In this document: in pieces, positions 30,135 to 36,358 of the stretch
Layout of the letters: each line of letters opens with the position of its first letter
Numbering within the stretch: the first letter of the stretch is position 1
Source of the DNA: a virus
Taxonomy: Duplodnaviria; Heunggongvirae; Uroviricota; Caudoviricetes
Virus record (IMG/VR): IMGVR_UViG_2541047798_000006
Length of the DNA: 41,828 nucleotides
Direction: 5' to 3' (one strand)
Made by a program: the position numbers and the translations under genes
Notes under the pieces: model-generated
What the model saw: only the letters and a program-made list of their open reading frames with translations
Databases searched by the model: none
What the model was told of the DNA's origin: nothing

Positions 30135-30413
30135 TTACCTCCAGATGCGTTGCTGGAATGTACGGGACGGACGCGGTGGGCGTTCGGAGTAAGGCAATCT
30201 GACTGAGATTATCCAGTGACGGTAGTCGAGACTAAGAGCTTTCTTAACCTCGTATCCGCGCCTGCGGTAACACTGAATTATCCATTCAGCCTGCTCTTCA
30301 GTGCATGGAGGGTGCTGGAACCATTCAGACTTGAATGCGTGAGAATACCGCTCGTGCGTGCAGGCAAGAACGGGCGAATTATCAGAATTGTAATATTTTA
30401 CGTTGCGTGCCAT
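30135..30413 (-). CDS. Hypothetical 92-aa nin-region protein
   Basis: ORF whose stop (30135) is 1 nt from the ydfU GTG start, so the two are tightly coupled. No family recognised. Confidence 0.55.
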   Translation of the reverse strand: MARNVKYYNSDNSPVLACTHERYSHAFKSEWFQHPPCTEEQAEWIIQCYRRRGYEVKKALSLDYRHWIISVRLPYSERPPRPSRTFQQRIWR

Positions 30414-30479
30414 CGGTTTTCTCCGGTGGCACGGTGTTACTCAGCGGGAGTTCAGCCCCGCGCAAGATTGTAGATGAGT

Positions 30480-30731
30480 TTATTCTTCTGCAAAAGCTGA
30501 AAAGCCTGCTTTTATTCCGATCTCTTTCAGTGCCTGTAATGAAGTGACAAACTCACCTTCGCGCAAGATAAATCCGTCTGTCACTCGACCATCCACAAAA
30601 TTAATTAACGCAGCCCCATTCTTTCGCAAACACATAATGCGGTAATGACTAACAAGATTTCCATTTTCAACGCACACAGCATAGAGGCCATCTTCACAAA
30701 AAATTTTACGCAGTTCTTCGATGTTCATCAT
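30480..30731 (-). CDS. rem: Rem-like protein (Qin rem homologue by recollection)
   Basis: 83-aa ORF MMNIEELRKIFCEDGLYAVCVENGNLVSHYRIMCLRKNGAALINF... Same length and neighbourhood (between hokD and ydfU) as K-12 rem. Confidence 0.6.
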   Translation of the reverse strand: MMNIEELRKIFCEDGLYAVCVENGNLVSHYRIMCLRKNGAALINFVDGRVTDGFILREGEFVTSLQALKEIGIKAGFSAFAEE

Positions 30732-30850
30732 CAGAATCCTTCCGGATAATTAGCTCTCCCCTTTAAGGGACCATCCCTCTTATCCCTGCGCGCTACTTAA
30801 GTATTTTTGATTCTATTCCGGCACCGTCCAGAACTTCAAACGCGTGAAAA

Positions 30851-30878
30851 TAAAAACAAAAACCCGCCGAAGCGGGTT
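30851..30878 (-). terminator. Terminator of the hok mRNA
   Basis: Minus strand AACCCGC-TTCG-GCGGGTT followed by TTTGTTTTTATTTT. Confidence 0.65.
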
Positions 30879-30946
30879 AAGTGCGGGTGCGTTGAGGATA
30901 CCTGCCACATCAGAGGTGGCGAGGGATTTCTCCCTCGCCGGGTCTC

Positions 30947-31102
30947 TTACTCCTCAGGTTCGTAAGCTGTGAAGACAGCGACCTCCGTCTGGCCGGTTCG
31001 GATTCGTACCTCGCAGAGGTCTTTCCTCGTTACCAGTGCCGTCACTATGACGGTTAAACAGATGACGATCAGGGCGATTAACATCGCCTTTTGCTGCTTC
31101 AT
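30947..31102 (-). CDS. hok: Hok-family type I toxin (HokD/RelF-like, 51 aa)
   Basis: MKQQKAMLIALIVICLTVIVTALVTRKDLCEVRIRTGQTEVAVFTAYEPEE with AAGGAGAAG SD. The upstream leader begins GGTGCTTGAGGCTATCTGCC (about 31269), resembling the hok mRNA 5' tac element. An upstream in-frame ATG at 31159 is in the mok position. Confidence 0.85.
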   Translation of the reverse strand: MKQQKAMLIALIVICLTVIVTALVTRKDLCEVRIRTGQTEVAVFTAYEPEE

Positions 31103-31312
31103 AGCCTGCTTCTCCTTGCCTTTCGGCACGTAAGAGGCTAACCTACATGTGTCTAGCATGAAATTGGCCTCAGATTAATGTTAAGCGTCTTGCAGGACGC
31201 GTAATGTTAACTGGGGCTTTTCTCTATCTGCCGTTGGTGTTATGCCCGAGGCAGATAGCCTCAAGCACCCGCAGCCATTCTACTTAACTACCGTTACCTC
31301 GCCAATGTGAAA

Positions 31313-31402
31313 TCAGTCAGAAAGGCGATCCATAAGAACAATAGCAAGACAATAAATCGCCATTACAGCCGTAATAGCCAGCGCACATTTGAGAACCAGC
31401 AC
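31313..31402 (-). CDS. Candidate 29-codon hydrophobic peptide gene (type I toxin-like / small membrane protein)
   Basis: AGGAGG (31413-31408), 5 nt, then GTG at 31402 giving (M)LVLKCALAITAVMAIYCLAIVLMDRLSD. The upstream promoter candidate TTGAAT-17-CATATT is at 31468-31440. Confidence 0.4.
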   Translation of the reverse strand: MLVLKCALAITAVMAIYCLAIVLMDRLSD

Positions 31403-31566
31403 CACAACCTCCTGTATTGGACGTACACCAGTCCTGATGAATATGAGGCTGTCTCGTCAGTGATTCAATACAACTATTGGGTATAGTTTCTCTGATTTTT
31501 TCTGTGGAAATGGGGCTCAACCACTAGTCATTTAATACGCAAAGTCCGATACAAGCTAACCTTCTA

Positions 31567-31590
31567 GTCCGCTTTGAGCGAAAAGCGGAC
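31567..31590. repeat. Hairpin GTCCGCTTT-loop-AAAGCGGAC, downstream boundary of the NUDIX-HAD cassette
   Basis: 9-bp perfect stem. The stem sequence is shared with the hairpin at 33033-33056. Confidence 0.7.
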
Positions 31591-31650
31591 GTTGGAAGTT
31601 TAAAACTCGCGAACTACTCAGCGTCCATTGATGCGTATTGTGTAACGTGA

Positions 31651-32289
31651 TTAACCACAGATGATATTGAAACGTTCTCCGGAAATCTTGACCATAATGT
31701 CAGACAGTTCGCTGACGGCATGGGCTTCAGATGATCCCAGAGCGTCAGGCTGAACAGCTATTACCGAAGCTCCACTTGCCAGCCCTGCTTTTATACCCGC
31801 AGATGCATCCTCAAATACCACGCATTCACCAGGCTCAAGGCCCAAAGCCAAAGCTGCTTTGATGTAACCCTCGGGACTTGGTTTTCCCGTCATTACATCT
31901 TCTGCACACACCATTACTATGGGTAAGGGGAGATTAGCCGCTTTCATCCTGTTTTCTGCAAGCATTCTGCCTGCAGAAGTGACAAGTGCCCAGCTATCCG
32001 GTGGCAGTTTTGATAAGAGTGCAGCGGCCCCTTTTACTTCAGTAACGCCTTCTGTCATGTTGATTTCAACCTCTTCGAGTGAGGCCGCGATTTTATTGGT
32101 TTTCTCACCTGCACCAATAAAATGCGTCAGTGTATCAATCGTTTGCCGCCCGTGTGCGTAAGCAATCACAGCCTGAGTATCAAGACCGTATTCTGCACAA
32201 AAATCTCTCCAGACGCTTTCCACTACGGCTGTTGAATCAACCAGCGTACCGTCCATATCGAATAAAAAACCCTTAGCGTTGAATATCAT
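31651..32289 (-). CDS. HAD-superfamily (subfamily IA) phosphatase, YfbT/HxpA-like sugar-phosphatase type
   Basis: Motif I FDMDGTLVDS, TSA(G) motif II region, GKPSPEGY and FEDASAGIKAG motifs. Collinear with E. coli YfbT as recalled. AAGGA SD 6 nt before the ATG at 32289 (the track start at 32295 is an alternative). Confidence 0.85.
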   Translation of the reverse strand: MIFNAKGFLFDMDGTLVDSTAVVESVWRDFCAEYGLDTQAVIAYAHGRQTIDTLTHFIGAGEKTNKIAASLEEVEINMTEGVTEVKGAAALLSKLPPDSWALVTSAGRMLAENRMKAANLPLPIVMVCAEDVMTGKPSPEGYIKAALALGLEPGECVVFEDASAGIKAGLASGASVIAVQPDALGSSEAHAVSELSDIMVKISGERFNIICG

Positions 32290-32318
32290 TGCCATTCCTT
32301 AATGGTTGCAGAAGAAAG

Positions 32319-32957
32319 TTAATCAAACCATGTTTTTTCATCACCTTTCGCTACTCTCAGGCTGACAGCAATCTGCTCAGGCACAATTCTTGAAAGCGAC
32401 AATTCAGGCAGGTCGTTGACATCAAAAAAATCAGCATCGAGTGACTCATGGCTGATTGACAGGCTGCCACCTACTTCTTCACAGAGAAAAATCAGCTTGT
32501 AAACATGCCAGGGTAAAGGCGGATGGCCGTGAAGATTACGATCCCAAACTCCCAATAGTTTAGTCACTCTGACTTTTAATCCGGTTTCTTCTTCGACTTC
32601 TCGACGCACAGCTTCAGAAGGTGTATCTCCAACATCTGCCCATCCGCCAGGAAGACTCCATAATCCATCTGCAGCCTCTTTCACCATCAGAATACGATTA
32701 TTACGCAGGATAAACGCACGCACATCTGTTTTGGGCGTCGCGTAACCCGTTTCCGATACATGAAACAAATCATTGCGGCTAATATCAAACTGCGAACTCA
32801 GCAGTCCAGCGGCAATTTCACGCAAGGCTTCATAGCGTTCCTTGTCAAAGACGTCTTTTGAATAGGTCAGGCCTGACTGCGCGAGGGCCTTTAGTCTCTG
32901 GGCAACAAAAATAAGCTTTTCTTGGGTCAACACTTCAGACATGTTTTTCATCTTCAT
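32319..32957 (-). CDS. NUDIX hydrolase with N-terminal helical extension (ADP-ribose pyrophosphatase-like class)
   Basis: Nudix box GGWADVGDTPSEAVRREVEEETGL (G-x5-[ED]-x7-REVxEExGL), preceded by about 85 aa of a Nudix_N-like region. The start codon is uncertain among ATGs at 32957, 32951 and 32942. Confidence 0.85.
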   Translation of the reverse strand: MKMKNMSEVLTQEKLIFVAQRLKALAQSGLTYSKDVFDKERYEALREIAAGLLSSQFDISRNDLFHVSETGYATPKTDVRAFILRNNRILMVKEAADGLWSLPGGWADVGDTPSEAVRREVEEETGLKVRVTKLLGVWDRNLHGHPPLPWHVYKLIFLCEEVGGSLSISHESLDADFFDVNDLPELSLSRIVPEQIAVSLRVAKGDEKTWFD

Positions 32958-32983
32958 TTATGTATTCAGAGTTCCTGTTAAGG

Positions 32984-33012
32984 ATACTGCTCAATTCAAT
33001 GAAGAATAACAA
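32984..33012 (-). promoter_or_regulatory. Candidate promoter of the NUDIX-HAD cassette (TTGTTA-17-CAGTAT)
   Basis: Minus-strand TTGTTA (33012-33007), 17-nt spacer, CAGTAT (32989-32984). It lies between the upstream hairpin and the NUDIX start. Confidence 0.3.
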
Positions 33013-33032
33013 ATGCATCTGGCACCTGCTAT

Positions 33033-33056
33033 GTCCGCTTCTGGCACAAAGCGGAC
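33033..33056. repeat. Hairpin GTCCGCTT-loop-AAGCGGAC, upstream boundary of the NUDIX-HAD cassette
   Basis: 8-bp perfect stem with the same sequence as the stem at 31567-31590. Confidence 0.7.
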
Positions 33057-33153
33057 AACCACGCCAGATCTACCCTGTGCCATGAAAAATGAGAATGTCA
33101 ATTCACTCCTGAACTAATGCTTTTTAATCTAGTAACGTCTAAAATACCTAACA

Positions 33154-33555
33154 TTATCCCTGATAAAATGCCAGTATGCGCTGCATAACTTCACTCATCC
33201 GGCACTCGCGACAGATTATGTTTAGGCGACTGTCGTAGCGACGTATTTCTCCATCAGGTAACGACCAGATAAGGTCCGGATCAACCACAGCTGTTTTCTT
33301 CACCTTTGCCCTCGATAGTTTTTTGCGGGCGTTTTGCCAGTCCTTACGCGCCTGTTCAGACGGGAATAACCCGTAGCCGGAGTTGTATACATCGCCACTG
33401 GCTACCAGCTCTCTGGCAAGAACGCTCATCAGATATCTAGTCGCACCTGTTTTAGCTTCCAGTTGCCGTAACGTCTCACGACCGCTCTGGCGCACGAGTT
33501 CCACCACCTGCCCTTTAATTTTTTCCCGCTCTTCTTGTGTAAAAACTTTTGCCAC
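33154..33555 (-). CDS. Hypothetical 133-aa protein in the P (helicase-loader) position; not lambda P-like
   Basis: ORF directly downstream of the O-like gene. The N-terminal region looks winged-helix-like (ETLRQLEAKTGATRYLMSVLARELVASGDV). No DnaC or lambda-P similarity recognised. Confidence 0.55.
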   Translation of the reverse strand: MAKVFTQEEREKIKGQVVELVRQSGRETLRQLEAKTGATRYLMSVLARELVASGDVYNSGYGLFPSEQARKDWQNARKKLSRAKVKKTAVVDPDLIWSLPDGEIRRYDSRLNIICRECRMSEVMQRILAFYQG

Positions 33556-33595
33556 AAGTCCCCCTTAAAATTACCTCATGACCTGAAATCAAAAC

Positions 33596-34561
33596 TTATC
33601 CTCTGAAACCAGGCGGAATTTCTGTATCCGGTTCAGAAATATGATTCACACAACGCTGTACAGGTGAACGTCCCAGGCGGATGACCAGTTCGTCCCATTT
33701 TTCGCGGAGTTTTGACGGGCTCATGATGTTTTTTACCCAGAATGGATCCCGCTGTACCCGACCAAACATTTCGCAAATTTGTCTGTGGCTTCTGCCATCC
33801 AGCATCCGCATTGTGCGCACGTCATTGGCCCAGGCTGTCCAGTTAGGCTCTTTTGGTCGCATGATCTCTCCATCGTCGCTGGCAGCCTGTTCGTAAAGGT
33901 TCACGATCCGCCCCCAAATCCACTGCGCACACGCCAAATCCTCCCTGCTACCCCACTGGCGTTTTTTCACACTAAACACAACCGCGTCGGGGTTCCGGGT
34001 TAAAAAATCCTGTTCAGTCGTCTGCGGGTCCGGTTGCGAAGCTTCCGGACGAAAAGTGTTTTTATTCTCTGTAGTAATCTCTGTTGTATTCTCTGTAAGA
34101 TCATCAGGCCATTTTGACCCGATGACATTGGGTCGTTTTGAACCAATGGAGCGTTTCATTTTGACCTCTTCCATCGTGTCATTTTGACCTGATGGAGCGG
34201 CGCATTTTGAACCGATGGATTCGTTCAATTTGCCACCATCTAAAAGCTCGCTCCCATAGTTGATCGTGTAGAAATTGGTCATATCGCGCTTTGATTTATT
34301 GAGCTTTTCACAACGCAAAAGCCCCTGCGTTTTCAGACTTGCAAACGCGCGTTTTAACGTTGACTCTGACCAGAATGGGAACTGTTCCAGCCATTGTTCC
34401 GTTGTGTTATAAATCCAGCGAACACCATCACATTCCATACCGGAGTTGGTATCTCTCAACCAGTAGTGCAGTTGTTGCAAAACAATGGCTTCGTTTAAGC
34501 CGATTTTCATTGCCAGCTGCGTGTTTATAACCAGTGGGCGTTCAGCAAAAAGAAGACTCAT
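33596..34561 (-). CDS. Replication initiator, O-like (N-terminal wHTH origin-binding domain, iteron-containing linker, Trp-rich C-terminal domain)
   Basis: MSLLFAERPLVINTQLAMKIGLNEAIVLQQLHYWL... is a typical phage replication-protein N-terminus. The gene contains the iteron array. The start is taken at ATG 34561 (the track ORF extends to 34615). Confidence 0.75.
   Translation of the reverse strand: MSLLFAERPLVINTQLAMKIGLNEAIVLQQLHYWLRDTNSGMECDGVRWIYNTTEQWLEQFPFWSESTLKRAFASLKTQGLLRCEKLNKSKRDMTNFYTINYGSELLDGGKLNESIGSKCAAPSGQNDTMEEVKMKRSIGSKRPNVIGSKWPDDLTENTTEITTENKNTFRPEASQPDPQTTEQDFLTRNPDAVVFSVKKRQWGSREDLACAQWIWGRIVNLYEQAASDDGEIMRPKEPNWTAWANDVRTMRMLDGRSHRQICEMFGRVQRDPFWVKNIMSPSKLREKWDELVIRLGRSPVQRCVNHISEPDTEIPPGFRG
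34111..34236. repeat. Replication origin iterons inside the O-like gene (five to six copies, 23-bp register)
   Basis: ATTTTGA(A)CC-type repeats begin at 34111, 34135, 34158, 34181, 34204 and (degenerate) 34227. They encode the repeated IGSK peptide motif, the same arrangement as lambda ori within O. Confidence 0.7.
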
Positions 34562-35051
34562 AATTCCATCCAGCTTTTTGTTGGTATTGCTGTCGATACG
34601 CAAGCTTGAAAGCAATTGCTTTTTCTATAAGTTCGTCAGTTTCACGATCTACAACGGCAGGATCTGCAAAAAGCAGTCCAGATTCCACCACATCGCCATA
34701 TTCTTTATTTAACCCGGCGATCATGTACGTAATACTTTTTTCACGATACAACCTGAAATCACTAATCCGGATAGCCTCCATAATTGCAGGCACTAGCGCT
34801 GTGAACTTTTCACGCTTATCCCTGGTGTCGATAGCCTTCCAGCGTTCGAATATCTTCACTCGATTAACGCTAAGCGCTCGCTGATCAACCGCGCCACCTT
34901 CATATGTGACACGCTGAACATCGATGTTCGGGCGCTCTTTCAAAGCCCAGAATGCTTCAGTGATTAATATCGTCGCCTGCTCCTGTGTCATTCCTGGTCG
35001 ACATATCCAGGCATCCAGAGCCTCACGAGCCTGTTCAGGAGTGATTTTCAT
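34542..35051 (-). CDS. YdaT-like protein in the cII position
   Basis: 169-aa ORF. The segment KIFERWKAIDTRDKREKFTALVPAIMEAI resembles Rac YdaT (HRWLKGETKTQREKIQKLIPAILAIL) as recalled. It follows the cro-like gene. Confidence 0.55.
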   Translation of the reverse strand: MKITPEQAREALDAWICRPGMTQEQATILITEAFWALKERPNIDVQRVTYEGGAVDQRALSVNRVKIFERWKAIDTRDKREKFTALVPAIMEAIRISDFRLYREKSITYMIAGLNKEYGDVVESGLLFADPAVVDRETDELIEKAIAFKLAYRQQYQQKAGWNYESSFC

Positions 35052-35262
35052 TGTTCAACCGCCCCGTCCGCTTCGTCTTACGATATTCGTCATAAACTTT
35101 GGGATCATACTGAAGCTCCCCGCCAGATGCCTCCTGTAGACGCATCGCGCGACCTTCAGGAACCAGTATCCCCCAGGCAGCAACACTTGCCAGTCTCACT
35201 CCTGCGGCATTGGCAAGCTTTGTTTTGCTGCCAAAAAAAGTAATTGCGTCAACTTTAAGCAT
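35035..35262 (-). CDS. dicC: Cro-like repressor, DicC/YdaS type
   Basis: MLKVDAITFFGSKTKLANAAGVRLASVAAWG..VPEGRAMRLQEASGGELQYDPKVYDEY resembles DicC as recalled. ATG at 35262 with GAGGGGG SD (the track start at 35265 is TTG). Confidence 0.8.
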   Translation of the reverse strand: MLKVDAITFFGSKTKLANAAGVRLASVAAWGILVPEGRAMRLQEASGGELQYDPKVYDEYRKTKRTGRLNNENHS

Positions 35263-35275
35263 CAAAGCCCCCTCT

Positions 35276-35342
35276 TGTTAGACTTTTCTAACATTATTGT
35301 GCGCGGGATACCTAAGTCAAGAAAAATTAGAATTACCTAACT
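35276..35342. promoter_or_regulatory. Divergent immunity control region: operators TGTTAGACTTTTCTAACA (35276-35293) and AATTAGAATTACCTAACT (35325-35342), plus the rightward promoter TTGACT-16-AATAAT
   Basis: The first site is a perfect 7-4-7 inverted repeat abutting the minus-strand -10 (AATAAT 35298-35293; -35 TTGACT 35320-35315). The second, weaker copy overlaps the repressor start codon. Confidence 0.6.
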
Positions 35343-35750
35343 ATGGATACAAGAACCCTAGGCCAGCGAGTTCTGGCGCGACGAAAAGAATTACGCTTAA
35401 CACAACGAGAAGCTGCGCGCCTCGCTGGAGTTGCTCACGTCACAATTTCACAATGGGAAAGAGACGAAACCCAGCCAGTCGGAAAACGATTGTTTGCTTT
35501 AGCGGATGCTCTGAAGTGCTCACCTACATGGCTAATGTTTGGTGATGAAGACAAGGCACCAGTGCCTGCACAAGAACTTCATGTGGAAACAGAGCTAACT
35601 CCCAACCACAAAGAATTGATCGAATTATTCGATGCTCTTCCATCTTCCGAGCAGGAAGCCTTGCTGTCTGAAATGCGCGCAAGAGTAGAAAACTTCAACA
35701 AACTCTTCGAAGAAATGCTTAAAGCGCGTAAAAATAAATCAATAAAATAA
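35343..35750 (+). CDS. dicA: Prophage repressor, DicA type (XRE HTH, no S24 peptidase domain)
   Basis: 135-aa ORF. LTQREAARLAGVAHVTISQWERDETQPVGKRLFALADALKCSPTWLMFGDEDK and the C-terminal MRARVENFNKLFEEMLKAR are collinear with K-12 DicA (135 aa) as recalled. Confidence 0.85.
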   Translation: MDTRTLGQRVLARRKELRLTQREAARLAGVAHVTISQWERDETQPVGKRLFALADALKCSPTWLMFGDEDKAPVPAQELHVETELTPNHKELIELFDALPSSEQEALLSEMRARVENFNKLFEEMLKARKNKSIK

Positions 35751-35786
35751 CATTCTTTTCAAGTGATTAGTTGCGCCCACTCTTTT

Positions 35787-35841
35787 TGTTAGACCAACCT
35801 AACAAAAAACACTTGCCTCTCATGTTAGGTTATTCTAAATT
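35787..35841 (+). promoter_or_regulatory. Early-left operon promoter TTGCCT-17-TAAATT flanked and overlapped by operators TGTTAGACCAACCTAACA (35787-35804) and TGTTAGGTTATTCTAAAT (35823-35840)
   Basis: Same TGTTAG-N6-CTAACA half-site pattern as in the dicA/dicC intergenic region. -35 is at 35813-35818 and -10 at 35836-35841. Confidence 0.55.
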
Positions 35842-35918
35842 ACTTTCCATCAAGACACCGCACGGTGTTCTCAGCAAACAGTTCCGCTACCCCGGCGTTA
35901 AGGGGAAATGAGGTCAGC

Positions 35919-36074
35919 ATGGATACTATCGATCTTGGCAACAACGAATCTCTGGTATGCGGCGTGTTTCCCAACCAAGACGGCACGTTCACCGCGATGA
36001 CGTATACCAAAAGCAAAACGTTTAAAACCGAAGCTGGCGCGCATCGCTGGCTGGAAAGAAATTCAGGTGAGTGA
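35919..36074 (+). CDS. ydfA: YdfA-like small protein
   Basis: MDTIDLGNNESLVCGVFPNQDGTFTAMTYTKSKTFKTEAGAHRWLERNSGE (51 aa) matches K-12 YdfA as recalled. The start is internal to the track ORF 35865-36074. Confidence 0.8.
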   Translation: MDTIDLGNNESLVCGVFPNQDGTFTAMTYTKSKTFKTEAGAHRWLERNSGE

Positions 36075-36075
36075 T

Positions 36076-36204
36076 ATGGATTTCGACGCAATCATGGAAA
36101 AGGCTTACGAAGAATACTTCGAAGGCCTTGCCGAAGGCGAAGAAGCTCTCAGCTTCAGCGAATTTAAACAGGCGCTTTCCAGTTCGGCAAAAGCTAACAA
36201 CTGA
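36076..36204 (+). CDS. ydfB: YdfB-like small acidic protein (42 aa)
   Basis: The ATG at 36076 is 1 nt after the ydfA stop. Translation is MDFDAIMEKAYEEYFEGLAEGEEALSFSEFKQALSSSAKANN. Below the track cutoff. Confidence 0.65.
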   Translation: MDFDAIMEKAYEEYFEGLAEGEEALSFSEFKQALSSSAKANN

Positions 36205-36211
36205 GAGGTTT

Positions 36212-36331
36212 ATGATGGAATTGAGAGTTTGTTTCAAACTCTCAATAAACCAGAGGCAGGTAAGGAGCGTTAAATTATTGCTTGAAAGCAATAAGATCAC
36301 TCAATCTCACCGCTATAGGCATTCCATCTGA
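36212..36331 (+). CDS. Small ORF in the ydfC position (39 aa, possibly truncated)
   Basis: GAGG SD, then ATGATG at 36212, giving MMELRVCFKLSINQRQVRSVKLLLESNKITQSHRYRHSI. Confidence 0.4.
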   Translation: MMELRVCFKLSINQRQVRSVKLLLESNKITQSHRYRHSI

Positions 36332-36358
36332 GCATGAGGGTACGCCAGAAAATATCGT

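Noticed and set aside
31317-31520. 67-aa Cys/Gly/Ser/Tyr-rich ORF (…NTGGCGAGSQMCAGYYGCNGDLLSCYCSYGSPF) that looks superficially like a microcin/RiPP precursor
   Set aside because: The track start is TTG with no SD. No modification or export genes are nearby. A different frame of the same DNA has a consensus AGGAGG-GTG start and a coherent TM peptide, so the Cys/Gly-rich reading is probably an out-of-frame artefact. It deserves a check only if the 29-codon ORF is refuted.
31103-31650. relB/relE-type toxin-antitoxin genes upstream of hok, as in K-12 Qin
   Set aside because: No ORFs of RelB or RelE size or sequence are present. The interval holds only the hok leader, the mini-ORF and a hairpin.
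34111-34236. Regularly spaced repeats considered as a possible CRISPR array; also looked for DGR or retron signatures near the tail fibre
   Set aside because: The repeats are about 10-bp cores at a 23-bp register inside a coding frame, which is classic origin iterons and not repeat-spacer units. No cas, reverse transcriptase or template-repeat pair exists anywhere in the window.
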